Below, one piece after another: positions 49,101-58,600 of a DNA stretch of 64,000 nt (position 1 is the stretch's first letter; every line of letters begins with the position of its first letter). Both the position numbers and the translations under genes were made by a program. The stretch is taken from the NCBI GenBank assembly GCA_049303795.1, contig JBAQNM010000004.1, forward strand, positions 8,623 to 72,622. Direction: 5' to 3'. The notes beneath the pieces are model-generated. The model was not told the origin of the DNA and did no database searches. It saw nothing but the letters and a program-made list of their open reading frames with translations. This DNA is from Candidatus Moraniibacteriota bacterium (lineage in GTDB: Bacteria; Patescibacteriota; Minisyncoccia; Moranbacterales; UBA2206).

Positions 49101-49421
49101 TCACTTTAAATTAAAAATGTCCGGAACATCTTTTATTTCTTCTTGATATTTATATTCTCGTGTTTGCTTTTTATCTATAATAATTTTAAATTTATCCAAA
49201 TCGAAAGTTACTTCGTTGTTTTTTGTTTTAGCATATTCACTCTTTTTAACTTCACTCCAGTGAGGTTTATAGGCATAGTCATACCAAACATAAAAACAAT
49301 AGCCCGCTAAAAACAAAAACAATAAAAAAACAAACAGTTTCATCTGCGCAACAAAAAATAGCGATACTTGATTAAAAAAATATTGAGAGAGCACTTTGTT
49401 TTTAATATTTTTTATTTTCAT
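49101..49421 (-). CDS. Hypothetical small membrane protein (pilus-cluster associated)
   Basis: 106 aa with a single TM helix. Last gene of the cluster. Confidence 0.45.
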   Translation of the reverse strand: MKIKNIKNKVLSQYFFNQVSLFFVAQMKLFVFLLFLFLAGYCFYVWYDYAYKPHWSEVKKSEYAKTKNNEVTFDLDKFKIIIDKKQTREYKYQEEIKDVPDIFNLK

Positions 49422-49423
49422 AT

Positions 49424-50122
49424 TTATTTAGTGTAAACAATAACCGTCAGAGAACTTTTCAAGACAAAATTGTCTTTCTGTGATGATTCATCTTGATTAG
49501 AATTTTTAGGAACACGAAAAATATCACCTACCTTCAATTCATCGCCTAATGATTCAGCTTTATCTTCTAAATCTTTCTTAACATTAAGCGCTATAATATT
49601 AACGTAATTCTGACTATTCTCTAATTTATGTACAAAATTTAAAAGCTTGGGATAATCACCGGTCAAATTAATTTGCATAGAAAAATAATTTCGATAAGTT
49701 AATTTTTCTTCCAGACTCTTTTCAACTTCTTTTCCTTTACTTGATAAACTTTTACTACTAACTTTCGTATTTACTTTTGTATTTCCATTACTATCAATCA
49801 TTTCAATTGTAATCTCATTCCCCGTATTTTCAGCTAACTTTTCAATATACTCAATAAAACCAACATTCTCACTAACATTTAGTATGGAATTAATAGCATC
49901 TTTGTTTTTTTCAAATTCAGCATTAATCTCCTCCATTTGTGGAATTTTCTCAATTTTTTGTTTTTCCAGACTATTATCGATGATTTTCTCTTGAATTTTA
50001 TCAGCTCGACTTTGAATATTTTTAAACAATAAAGTTGTCACAAAATAAAATAGTGGGATTGCAAATACAATAAATACGAAGATATAAACTAAGCTTTTAT
50101 ATTTTTTATAAAAATTTTTCAT
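49424..50122 (-). CDS. PilO-like assembly protein
   Basis: N-terminal TM helix plus coiled-coil, directly downstream of the PilM-PilN fusion. Confidence 0.5.
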   Translation of the reverse strand: MKNFYKKYKSLVYIFVFIVFAIPLFYFVTTLLFKNIQSRADKIQEKIIDNSLEKQKIEKIPQMEEINAEFEKNKDAINSILNVSENVGFIEYIEKLAENTGNEITIEMIDSNGNTKVNTKVSSKSLSSKGKEVEKSLEEKLTYRNYFSMQINLTGDYPKLLNFVHKLENSQNYVNIIALNVKKDLEDKAESLGDELKVGDIFRVPKNSNQDESSQKDNFVLKSSLTVIVYTK

Positions 50123-51747
50123 TCTTGTTTACTATTAAGACATTCCTCTTTTATAGTTAAATCCATCTGAAAATTAACATTGTCTTTTGAAGCCAAGTTG
50201 GATATTGGCAAATTGACTTGAGAAAAACAACCTAGCTGTTCTAATTTCCCTTTAAAAGAAACCATGGATTCTCTTGTTTTCGCATGACCTGCTAAGTATA
50301 AAGAGAGATTTTTCGTAGCAAAATCAGTTATCTCAACTTCTTCAGTTGCAGCAGAAGCTAATTCGGAAAGCATTCGAGACCAATATAGCTGATCCCTATC
50401 AATTGTAATAATTTTCTCAAGATCAGAATTTATACCTGAAAATTTATCTTCATAATATTTAATCATTTCGTACTGAGTGCCACTCGATTGACTCATGCTT
50501 GAATCAGAAATTGTTGCTAAATTTAAATTTAATAAATTTCCAATACTAAATAAAAAAGAAAAAAAACAAAGCACAATAAAAGAAATTATTAATTCCCACC
50601 CCAAAACCAATTTAAATCTCTTAGCCCGAGCAAGTGCTTCTTTTTTATTTTTTGGCAAAAGATTTATCCCCTGTCCTTCAAAATCTTTATACATTGCCAA
50701 ACCTACTGCTGTAGAAAATTGAGTAGACCTATCTTTATTGATAATTGGCAAGTTATTTCCAAAATCAAGATTAACCCAAGGATCGCCGATACTAACCTCT
50801 TTAGCTAATCTTTTTGTCAAATAGGACAACAAACCTTTTAGATTTGATCCACCACCACAAATAATAATCTTTTTTATTTTTGCTCCGACTTCGCCATTAA
50901 TGCTTTGATAGAAATCAATTGATTTTTCAATCTCCATTGCAAGACTTTCCAAATATGATTGCATTGAGTTTAAGATTGAACTTTCTTTATTGACTTGCCC
51001 TAGGCCTTGAGAAAGCTTAATTTTTTCCGCATCCTTATTGTCTATTCCTAGACTTTTTGCAATTGCATCAGTTACGCCTTCTGAAGAAAAAGGAATACTG
51101 GATGTGAAGAAAGGAATTCCATCTTGGGCAACAATAAAATTAGTAATTTTTGATCCCAAATCAACAATCAGTGAAGCGCTTTTTAATTTATTTTTATTCT
51201 GAATAAGACTCCTAATCGCAGCAATAGATTCTGACTCTAATGCAACCACTTCGAGATTTGCCAATTCTAAAACTTCTAAAATATCATCTGCTATGTCACG
51301 AGAAACCGCAACAGTCAAAATACTTAATTTGTTATCTTTATTACCAATTAAGCGCCAATCGTAGTAAATTTGATCGATAGAAAGGGGAATACTCGCTTCA
51401 ATTTCCCATTTTATAGCTTCTTCAATTTCTGATTTTTCCATATGAGGGATCGTGATGATTCTCAGAAAAATCTTTGATTCAGGTAACGAGCATATCGCTT
51501 TTTTAGTATTAATTTTTTTAGGACCGGCACTGTTGATAGCTTTTTTTATAAGTTCAGCAACTCTCTTCTTATCCAAAATACGTCCATCCGCAAAATAATC
51601 GTTAGGAATATCTACCAAGGAATAAGCTCTAATATAATCGCTAGCATTTCTTTTTTCTAATTGCAAAACCTTAAAAGAGAGCTCGCTGAGATCTATCCCG
51701 ACATATCTGTCTTCAAAATTAATTATTTTTTTATTTAAAAAATTCAT
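50119..51747 (-). CDS. PilM-PilN fusion protein
   Basis: N-terminal actin-like PilM (YVGIDLSELSFKVLQL...), a TM helix (LVLGWELIISFIVLCFFSFLF), then a PilN-like C-terminal domain. 542 aa. Confidence 0.7.
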   Translation of the reverse strand: MNFLNKKIINFEDRYVGIDLSELSFKVLQLEKRNASDYIRAYSLVDIPNDYFADGRILDKKRVAELIKKAINSAGPKKINTKKAICSLPESKIFLRIITIPHMEKSEIEEAIKWEIEASIPLSIDQIYYDWRLIGNKDNKLSILTVAVSRDIADDILEVLELANLEVVALESESIAAIRSLIQNKNKLKSASLIVDLGSKITNFIVAQDGIPFFTSSIPFSSEGVTDAIAKSLGIDNKDAEKIKLSQGLGQVNKESSILNSMQSYLESLAMEIEKSIDFYQSINGEVGAKIKKIIICGGGSNLKGLLSYLTKRLAKEVSIGDPWVNLDFGNNLPIINKDRSTQFSTAVGLAMYKDFEGQGINLLPKNKKEALARAKRFKLVLGWELIISFIVLCFFSFLFSIGNLLNLNLATISDSSMSQSSGTQYEMIKYYEDKFSGINSDLEKIITIDRDQLYWSRMLSELASAATEEVEITDFATKNLSLYLAGHAKTRESMVSFKGKLEQLGCFSQVNLPISNLASKDNVNFQMDLTIKEECLNSKQE

Positions 51748-51801
51748 AATGTTATTATACCATAAGTTCTAGGATTTATCCTATTTTTTATTTAAATAAA
51801 A

Positions 51802-53340
51802 TTATAATTCTTCCCAAAGATCAATTGCATACTCCGTTCCAGTTGGAAAATAGGGCGGCGGACAATAGAGTAAGTTATTATCATAATTATAAAGTCGAAC
51901 AGCAAAGCCACTATTACCGTGTTGAAAATATGGTTGCAGATAAGAAGCAATTGCTCCATTAAAGACTAGCGACGTCTTTCCGCTAAATCCATTATCATTT
52001 ATACCAACTGTCCCTAGTTGCGCTAAAATAGCGGCGTCAACTACATATTGGTCCGGACAAGTACCCAAAACTCTAACGTCACGCTCAGCAATTAAGCCAA
52101 GCGAGTTGTCACAATTATAAGCAACATAACGAATATTACTATTAGTTGTTCCAATATAAATATCAGAGGAAGCGCCCCTGGCTACGACGGTTATTCTTTT
52201 ATTATTGACTGTACCATCTAGCCATATGCTATTATCAACAAAAATTACTCCGTTATTTATAATAGAATAGTTATCCAAACTAACACATTTTCCTCTACTC
52301 TGCCTATTTGATTGTATATAAGGACAAGATGAGAAAATACAACATGAAGATGTGGTACAAGTATTTCCATTGGTTCCACTATAAGATCCAGAAGCGCCAC
52401 TGACAATTCCATCAAAAGAGCTTATTACGTGAGTGTTAGAATTGGCCGAATTCACTTTGCATACATCATAAGTTCCATTGCTTTTTATTATTATCCTCCT
52501 TCCTTGTCCGGAATTATCAAAATAACGTCCAGAGCCAGATATAGCTTTGTTATACATATTAGTAAGATTAGCTGAAACTCCAGTGAAACTGACCTCGGAA
52601 ATAGGAAATTCTCTTCCGCCCATAAAAACATCTGGCCGTTCAGGAATAGTACCATCTGGCCAAGGATACGCCGGCGCATGAGCATCTGCTGGATTTACGG
52701 TTGTGTGAACTCCAAACTCTTGACTGTTTCCTCCCCATGTCGGATCGTTAAATCTTGGCAAAAGTGAACTAACCGTGTTATGCGCTAAGCCATCAAAACG
52801 AATGCCATCATTAGAATGCACTTTCCCATACACCTCAGCTTCACTACCAAAATTCATAAAGCTATTAGATAAGAATGAATACTCACTCCAGGAAGGTCTT
52901 CTAAATCTCACCTTAACAGTTCTTTTCATATCAGGAAATTTATTCGACCAGCCAGTTGATTCAACATTAATTATTGTAGAACCAATAGCCGGAGGTTCTA
53001 TGGAGAGTTGATATGCGCCCATGCTATTATAATACTCCACCGGATCAGGAGAAAAACCCATAGGCCCGCCAGTTTCCAAAAAAGAATTAATTTCTAAAGC
53101 AGTCTTGCCAGAAGTTTCATGAGCAAGATACCATCTGTAATAATATATTCCTGCTTCTGCAATTTGAAAAGCCTTTTCTTTTTCAACACGATTAATGCTA
53201 AATTTAATTTGTGAAGTAATGTACCCGAGCATAGAAACTAGTATTATCGTAACTACCGTCATAATGACAAGCACATAAGCTAATGTCGATCCGCGTTGCT
53301 TTTTAAAGCATGCTTCTTTTTTATTCAATACCTGTTTCAT
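51802..53340 (-). CDS. PilX_N-domain large pseudopilin-like protein
   Basis: N-terminus QRGSTLAYVLVIMTVVTIILVSMLGYI is PilX_N-like and lacks Glu5. Large Gly/Ser/Asn-rich beta-type C-terminal region. 512 aa. Confidence 0.6.
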   Translation of the reverse strand: MKQVLNKKEACFKKQRGSTLAYVLVIMTVVTIILVSMLGYITSQIKFSINRVEKEKAFQIAEAGIYYYRWYLAHETSGKTALEINSFLETGGPMGFSPDPVEYYNSMGAYQLSIEPPAIGSTIINVESTGWSNKFPDMKRTVKVRFRRPSWSEYSFLSNSFMNFGSEAEVYGKVHSNDGIRFDGLAHNTVSSLLPRFNDPTWGGNSQEFGVHTTVNPADAHAPAYPWPDGTIPERPDVFMGGREFPISEVSFTGVSANLTNMYNKAISGSGRYFDNSGQGRRIIIKSNGTYDVCKVNSANSNTHVISSFDGIVSGASGSYSGTNGNTCTTSSCCIFSSCPYIQSNRQSRGKCVSLDNYSIINNGVIFVDNSIWLDGTVNNKRITVVARGASSDIYIGTTNSNIRYVAYNCDNSLGLIAERDVRVLGTCPDQYVVDAAILAQLGTVGINDNGFSGKTSLVFNGAIASYLQPYFQHGNSGFAVRLYNYDNNLLYCPPPYFPTGTEYAIDLWEEL

Positions 53341-53403
53341 TTTTTATTTTTTTAATGTTATAAAATTATATACCTAAAATATGATACTTTCTTGATATTA
53401 TCC

Positions 53404-54081
53404 TTAGTGAATTCTGTCATAATCATTTAGGTTTCGCATTTCAACAAATGATTGCATTTCAATATTATCAGGAGCCCGATTAGGGTCAATATTTATTTTA
53501 AGATTAATCTTTATTAGACGAATATTGGTAATATTGGCTGGCGTTGTTAATGGAAGTTGAGAAGGAGCGCCAGCGTAGTTTCCATCATAATAATAGAAAA
53601 TTGGCTCACTTTCTGTATTTACAATTCTATTCGCAATAACAATAGTCTCCTCATCACCTCCAGGATAAGTTTTAGGCATTGTCATTGTTGGCTCGGTAAC
53701 ACCCATCAAAATATTTTGACCATCCTTATATATATGTAACCTTTCAGTTATTCCATCACGATTATAATCCGAATAGACGACGAAATCATTATCATCCGCT
53801 GATTCAATTGGATAGGAACCACTATCAGACTGTCTGGCACTCCTCAAATAACCTCCTATCATATTAACTCCTCGAGAAACTGCCATAGAAGATTGTCCCA
53901 TCTCTAGAGTATATGCATTATTTTTCCAGGTATTCATAAAAAGTAAGGTGAAACCTTCCATACCTATGGCAAAAATAGCAATAGCCACTAATGTTTCAAC
54001 TAGAGTCAAGCCTTTCCTGCTAATTCTTTCTCTAGAACTAGCAATTATTTTTTTTTGTTTGTTTAAAATTTCTTTTTTCAT
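53404..54081 (-). CDS. Type IV minor pilin / pseudopilin
   Basis: RKGLTLVETLVAIAIFAIG prepilin motif. The start overlaps the upstream stop (TAATG). Confidence 0.7.
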   Translation of the reverse strand: MKKEILNKQKKIIASSRERISRKGLTLVETLVAIAIFAIGMEGFTLLFMNTWKNNAYTLEMGQSSMAVSRGVNMIGGYLRSARQSDSGSYPIESADDNDFVVYSDYNRDGITERLHIYKDGQNILMGVTEPTMTMPKTYPGGDEETIVIANRIVNTESEPIFYYYDGNYAGAPSQLPLTTPANITNIRLIKINLKINIDPNRAPDNIEMQSFVEMRNLNDYDRIH

Positions 54082-55457
54082 TATATTACGGGCTGCAATC
54101 TTACAACTTCCAATTTAAGACTATCAACCTCAATTGCAACATCAACCTCTTTATCTAAAAATCCATCAGCTGTAACTTTTATATGATAGGTTTCAGGTAA
54201 AAATGGATCGGCCGAATCTGGAAAAAAAACTTTTCCATCACTGTCAGTTATTAGATCTTTTTCATAGCCCAGAGTGACATTGGTTAGTTTAACATTTGCT
54301 CCAGAAATAGTTGAGTCATCGGTATCACTAATTATTGTAGCCAAAAGAGCAGTTACTGTTTTGCTCGCTAGTTTCACTTCAACAGATAAAGTTCCGTCTG
54401 AGGATAATAATAGAAATGGCGTAGTTTCAGCTGTATTAATTATTTCGTAATCATCAGCTGTTGAACCTATTAAAGAAAGGTTATACTCTCCAGGACTGAC
54501 TGAGCTGAGTACTTCTTTACCACTAGAATCAGTTGTAATATCGTCATCAAAACTATAAACTGGAGTAAAGGGATCGATTGCCATATTGCCAAGTTTTCTG
54601 CCTCCAGTAAGATGAAAGTTGGCATTGGAAATCGCTTCATTAAGATAGTTAACACTAGAAATTTCGATATTGGCTAATTTATTTTGAACAATATCTTTTA
54701 CATTCATTGAACCAGTCACAACCGAAGCATGAATATCAACCGGGGTATAGAGGTTTTCAGGATAAGGAGGCATGGTCATGACTGTTTCGTAGCCTGATTT
54801 TGTTATAGCAAGTTGATATTTCTGGATGGAATCAGTTACATTACTACCCATAAAAGTTACATTACCTGAAGCGTCTGTCATGCCATAGGTATTAATCCCT
54901 GTATCTGGGTTATATATTTGCACCTTGGCATCGGAAATGCCAGCTCCACCTGGCTGATTACTAAAAATATTGACAGAAAGAATCCCATCTCCAATATGAG
55001 GCACCTCTTTGCCTGGAGGAACAAAACGCGAAACCAATTCAACTTTGCTGCTATTTTCTCCGCTACCCCATGAAACAGTCACGGTGACTTTTTTATAGTC
55101 CTCAAACCAAACCGTATCGGCAAAAGCAATCCCATCAAAAGGATCATCCACATACACTACATCGATGTGCACATTATAATGACTAGCATTTTCTGATACA
55201 TTCTCATCCTGAGGAATATTTCCTTCAATAGCGCCCCCGCTAGTACCAATATCATCATATTTAAGATTACGTATAATTTCTATTTTTTCATTAGCAATCG
55301 CAAGGGCACCAAGTCTATTTTTTGAGTCTTGAATATAGCGAATGCCCACAGATAAAACAGAATAGAATGTTACTGTGATTAGGGAAAAAATAAACAAAAC
55401 GGTCAACGCCTCGATCAACAAAAAACCTTTTTTATCAACAGATTGGCTTGATTTCAT
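54081..55457 (-). CDS. Large minor pilin (PilV-like)
   Basis: KKGFLLIEALTVLFIFSLI prepilin motif. 458 aa with beta-rich, carboxypeptidase-regulatory-like repeats. Confidence 0.7.
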   Translation of the reverse strand: MKSSQSVDKKGFLLIEALTVLFIFSLITVTFYSVLSVGIRYIQDSKNRLGALAIANEKIEIIRNLKYDDIGTSGGAIEGNIPQDENVSENASHYNVHIDVVYVDDPFDGIAFADTVWFEDYKKVTVTVSWGSGENSSKVELVSRFVPPGKEVPHIGDGILSVNIFSNQPGGAGISDAKVQIYNPDTGINTYGMTDASGNVTFMGSNVTDSIQKYQLAITKSGYETVMTMPPYPENLYTPVDIHASVVTGSMNVKDIVQNKLANIEISSVNYLNEAISNANFHLTGGRKLGNMAIDPFTPVYSFDDDITTDSSGKEVLSSVSPGEYNLSLIGSTADDYEIINTAETTPFLLLSSDGTLSVEVKLASKTVTALLATIISDTDDSTISGANVKLTNVTLGYEKDLITDSDGKVFFPDSADPFLPETYHIKVTADGFLDKEVDVAIEVDSLKLEVVRLQPVI

Positions 55458-55462
55458 TTTTT

Positions 55463-56683
55463 TTATTTAATATTATCCATTATGCTATACATTGGCTGAA
55501 GCATGGAAACAGCAAAAAAACCAACTGCACCTCCAATAAACACCATCAGAACAGGCTCGATAATCGATGACATGTTTTTTGAAATTTGGCTAATCTCATC
55601 TTCGTAAAATTCAGCTAGCTTCAAAAGCACGCTTTCAGTTTTTCCAGTTTCTTCTCCTACTTGAATCATTTGCACCATCAGCACGGGGAAAATCTTAGCT
55701 TTTTTTTCAATAATATTACTCAGTGCTACTCCTTTTTGCACCTCTTCAGCACTCTCATTGAGAGCATCCTTATAATAATAATTAGTTAACGTATCAGCGA
55801 CAATTTTAAGCGATGCAACTACAGGTACACCACTTCGAAGAAGTGAACTATAGATTCTGGCAAACCTTGCACAATTGTTTTTTATAACCAAATTGCTAAC
55901 AAGCGGGATATTAATAAGAGTGAAGGCTAAAGTTTTTTTTCCCATTTTTGTGGTAAGGAAAAATTTAAGAAAAATCCCACCAAATACAAAAATGATAAGC
56001 AAAATTATATAATGATTTCTGATTGTATCGCTAAGTAAAATAAGAAACTTAGTTGAAGCGGGAAGATCAACATTCATATCCTTAAATACTCCCATCATCT
56101 TAGGAAGGATATAGGTTAACATTAGAACGCCAATTGCAATCATCACAACAATAATGACTGCTGGATAGATTAGAGCGCCTTTAATTTTACTGTTTAACTC
56201 ATGCTCTTTTTCCAATTGAATTGCTAGTATTCCTAGAATTTCTTCCAAATTTCCACTCGTCTCTCCTACTCTAATCATATTAACAAAAAGATCGCCGAAG
56301 ATTGATGGGTACCTCGCAAGTCCATCAGCAAAAGTAACACCGGCTTGAATATCCTCAAAAATATTATTTAAAATTTTCTGAAACTTTTTATTTTTGGTCT
56401 GTGTAGAGATATTTTTTACTGCTCGTGAAATTGGTAGACCAGAGGAAATCATCACACTCAAATTACGCGTAAACATCAATTTGTCTTTAAGTGAAATGCT
56501 GGAAAAACGATCCATAAACCTCACGCTCACCTTATTCTCTTTTTCTTCTTCAAGCTCCTTAAAGGAGGTCAACATGAATCCATCCGCCCTAAGTTGAGCA
56601 GCTAAATCCCTTTCATTACTAATATCCACTTCTCCAGTTTTTAATTCTCCTGAATAATTTTTAGCGCTATAGAATGCTCTCAT
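55463..56683 (-). CDS. pilC: Type IV pilus/T2SS platform protein (GspF family), second copy
   Basis: 406 aa with two GspF repeats and three TM segments. Confidence 0.9.
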   Translation of the reverse strand: MRAFYSAKNYSGELKTGEVDISNERDLAAQLRADGFMLTSFKELEEEKENKVSVRFMDRFSSISLKDKLMFTRNLSVMISSGLPISRAVKNISTQTKNKKFQKILNNIFEDIQAGVTFADGLARYPSIFGDLFVNMIRVGETSGNLEEILGILAIQLEKEHELNSKIKGALIYPAVIIVVMIAIGVLMLTYILPKMMGVFKDMNVDLPASTKFLILLSDTIRNHYIILLIIFVFGGIFLKFFLTTKMGKKTLAFTLINIPLVSNLVIKNNCARFARIYSSLLRSGVPVVASLKIVADTLTNYYYKDALNESAEEVQKGVALSNIIEKKAKIFPVLMVQMIQVGEETGKTESVLLKLAEFYEDEISQISKNMSSIIEPVLMVFIGGAVGFFAVSMLQPMYSIMDNIK

Positions 56684-56739
56684 AATTTTTATTTTTGTTA
56701 AACAAGATGACCACTAAGATTTATAACCAAATTTATACG

Positions 56740-58485
56740 CTATTCTTTTGTTACTCTTAATATTTCCTCGACTGTTGTTATTCCTTGAATACACTTTAAA
56801 AATCCATCTTCAACCATTGTCAACATGCCACCCTCTCTAGCTTCAACTTCCAATTCATGAGCCGAGGCTCTTTGTGAAATCATCTGACGAATTTTTTCAT
56901 TTATTTCTAAAACTTCATAAATACCATTTCTTCCATGGTAGCCCTCATTGCATTGTTCACAGCCCTTAGCCTTGAACAATTTTACATCTTCCCATTTGTC
57001 TTTCACTTTCAATTGATTTTTCAAAATAGCGCTTTTTTTAATTTGTTCCAAAATTTTATCCATATCATAATTCTTTTTAAGCACATCTATTTCTTTTTTA
57101 GTCATCTTATATTCAACCGCACAATCATGACAAACCTTACGTACTAAGCGCTGGGCGATAATAACATTAGTGGTTGAAGCAACTAAGAATGGCTCTGCGC
57201 CCATATCCAAAAGTCGCGGCAAAGTTCCTGCTGCGCTGTTAGTATGAAGCGTTGAAAGAACAAGATGTCCGGTCATTGCGGCTTGAATGGCCATTTCCAT
57301 TGTTTCCTTATCTCTAATTTCACCCACCATAATTATATCGGGATCTTGACGGAGTAAAGCACGTAAACCTGCTGCAAAAGTTAAGCCTACTTTTGGATAA
57401 ATTTGAGTTTGATTAATTCTTGGCATTCTATATTCTACTGGATCCTCCACTGTGCTGATATTAACATCCGAGGTGTTTAAAATATCCATAATTGTATAAA
57501 GTGTAGTGGTTTTACCGCTTCCAGTTGGTCCAGTTACCAAAATCATTCCATTTGGTTTTCGAATTTCATAATGTACCGCCTCCAATGCCTTGCCAGAAAA
57601 TCCCATTGACTCTAAGGTTAGCCCCTTTGAAGACTCATCCAGGAGACGCATTACTATTTTTTCCCCATCAAAAATTGGTAAAATGCTTACTCGAAAAGAC
57701 ATTTTAGTACCATCTCTTTCGATCTTAAAACGCCCATCCTGAGGGATACGATGCTCATCTAATTTCAAATTGGATAAAACTTTTATTCTTGCCGTTATTC
57801 CATCTTTTACCTGTTTAGGGAGTGTCATCGCTTCGTGGAGTATTCCGTCAATACGATATCTTACGCGAATTTCTTTTTCATCCGGTTCAATATGAATATC
57901 AGAAGCACCTTGGATTATTGCATGTTTAATTAAAGTATCGACGATACGAATTATCGGTAAACCCTGAGCAATTTCTTCTAAATCTTCCGAATTTTCTGAA
58001 TCCGCAATTTCAGAAACATTTTTATCAATCATGTCCCCAAATTCAGCCTTTAAACTCTTTCCGTATTGCCTAAGCACTGCTTCAATACTCTCTTCGGAAG
58101 TTATACAAATAACGATACGCAATCCAGTTTTTTTGCGAATAAAATCAACTGTTTGGATATCTTCGGGATTAAGCATCGCGATTTTTAGCTCTGCTCCATT
58201 TTTTTCAAAGGCAACAATTTTGTATTTTTTAGCAATAGGCTCTGGAACTAGCTGCAAAATATCCGACTCAATCGTTTCTTTTTGCAAATCGACAAAAGGA
58301 ACGCCTAAAATATAAGCATACAATTTGCGTAGTCGCATTTCATCAATTAATTTTTTACCCAAAATAACATCTCCCAGTTTTTTTGACTGATCTTTAGCTT
58401 CCTGAAAAGAGACTTCCAAATCTTTTTCCTCAATCATTCCAGCATCTTTGATGAAATCTCTTAGTTGTTCATTACTTATTCGCAT
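56740..58485 (-). CDS. pilB: Type IV pilus/T2SS assembly ATPase (GspE family), second copy
   Basis: GSPII_E N-terminal domain, Walker A GPTGSGKTTTL and tetracysteine CHDC...CEQC. 581 aa. Confidence 0.9.
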   Translation of the reverse strand: MRISNEQLRDFIKDAGMIEEKDLEVSFQEAKDQSKKLGDVILGKKLIDEMRLRKLYAYILGVPFVDLQKETIESDILQLVPEPIAKKYKIVAFEKNGAELKIAMLNPEDIQTVDFIRKKTGLRIVICITSEESIEAVLRQYGKSLKAEFGDMIDKNVSEIADSENSEDLEEIAQGLPIIRIVDTLIKHAIIQGASDIHIEPDEKEIRVRYRIDGILHEAMTLPKQVKDGITARIKVLSNLKLDEHRIPQDGRFKIERDGTKMSFRVSILPIFDGEKIVMRLLDESSKGLTLESMGFSGKALEAVHYEIRKPNGMILVTGPTGSGKTTTLYTIMDILNTSDVNISTVEDPVEYRMPRINQTQIYPKVGLTFAAGLRALLRQDPDIIMVGEIRDKETMEMAIQAAMTGHLVLSTLHTNSAAGTLPRLLDMGAEPFLVASTTNVIIAQRLVRKVCHDCAVEYKMTKKEIDVLKKNYDMDKILEQIKKSAILKNQLKVKDKWEDVKLFKAKGCEQCNEGYHGRNGIYEVLEINEKIRQMISQRASAHELEVEAREGGMLTMVEDGFLKCIQGITTVEEILRVTKE

Positions 58486-58546
58486 TTAATATTTATTTTA
58501 TTTTTATTCTTTTATATTTCGAATTATACCACAAAAAATTAAAAAT

Positions 58547-58580
58547 TAAAAACAACCCTGAATATCTAGGGTTGTTTTTA
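58547..58580 (-). terminator. rho-independent terminator after groEL
   Basis: Perfect stem acaaccct / agggttgt, loop gaatatct, with A-run and T-run flanks. Confidence 0.7.
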
Positions 58581-58600
58581 TATTCAAAGCTTATTCAATT

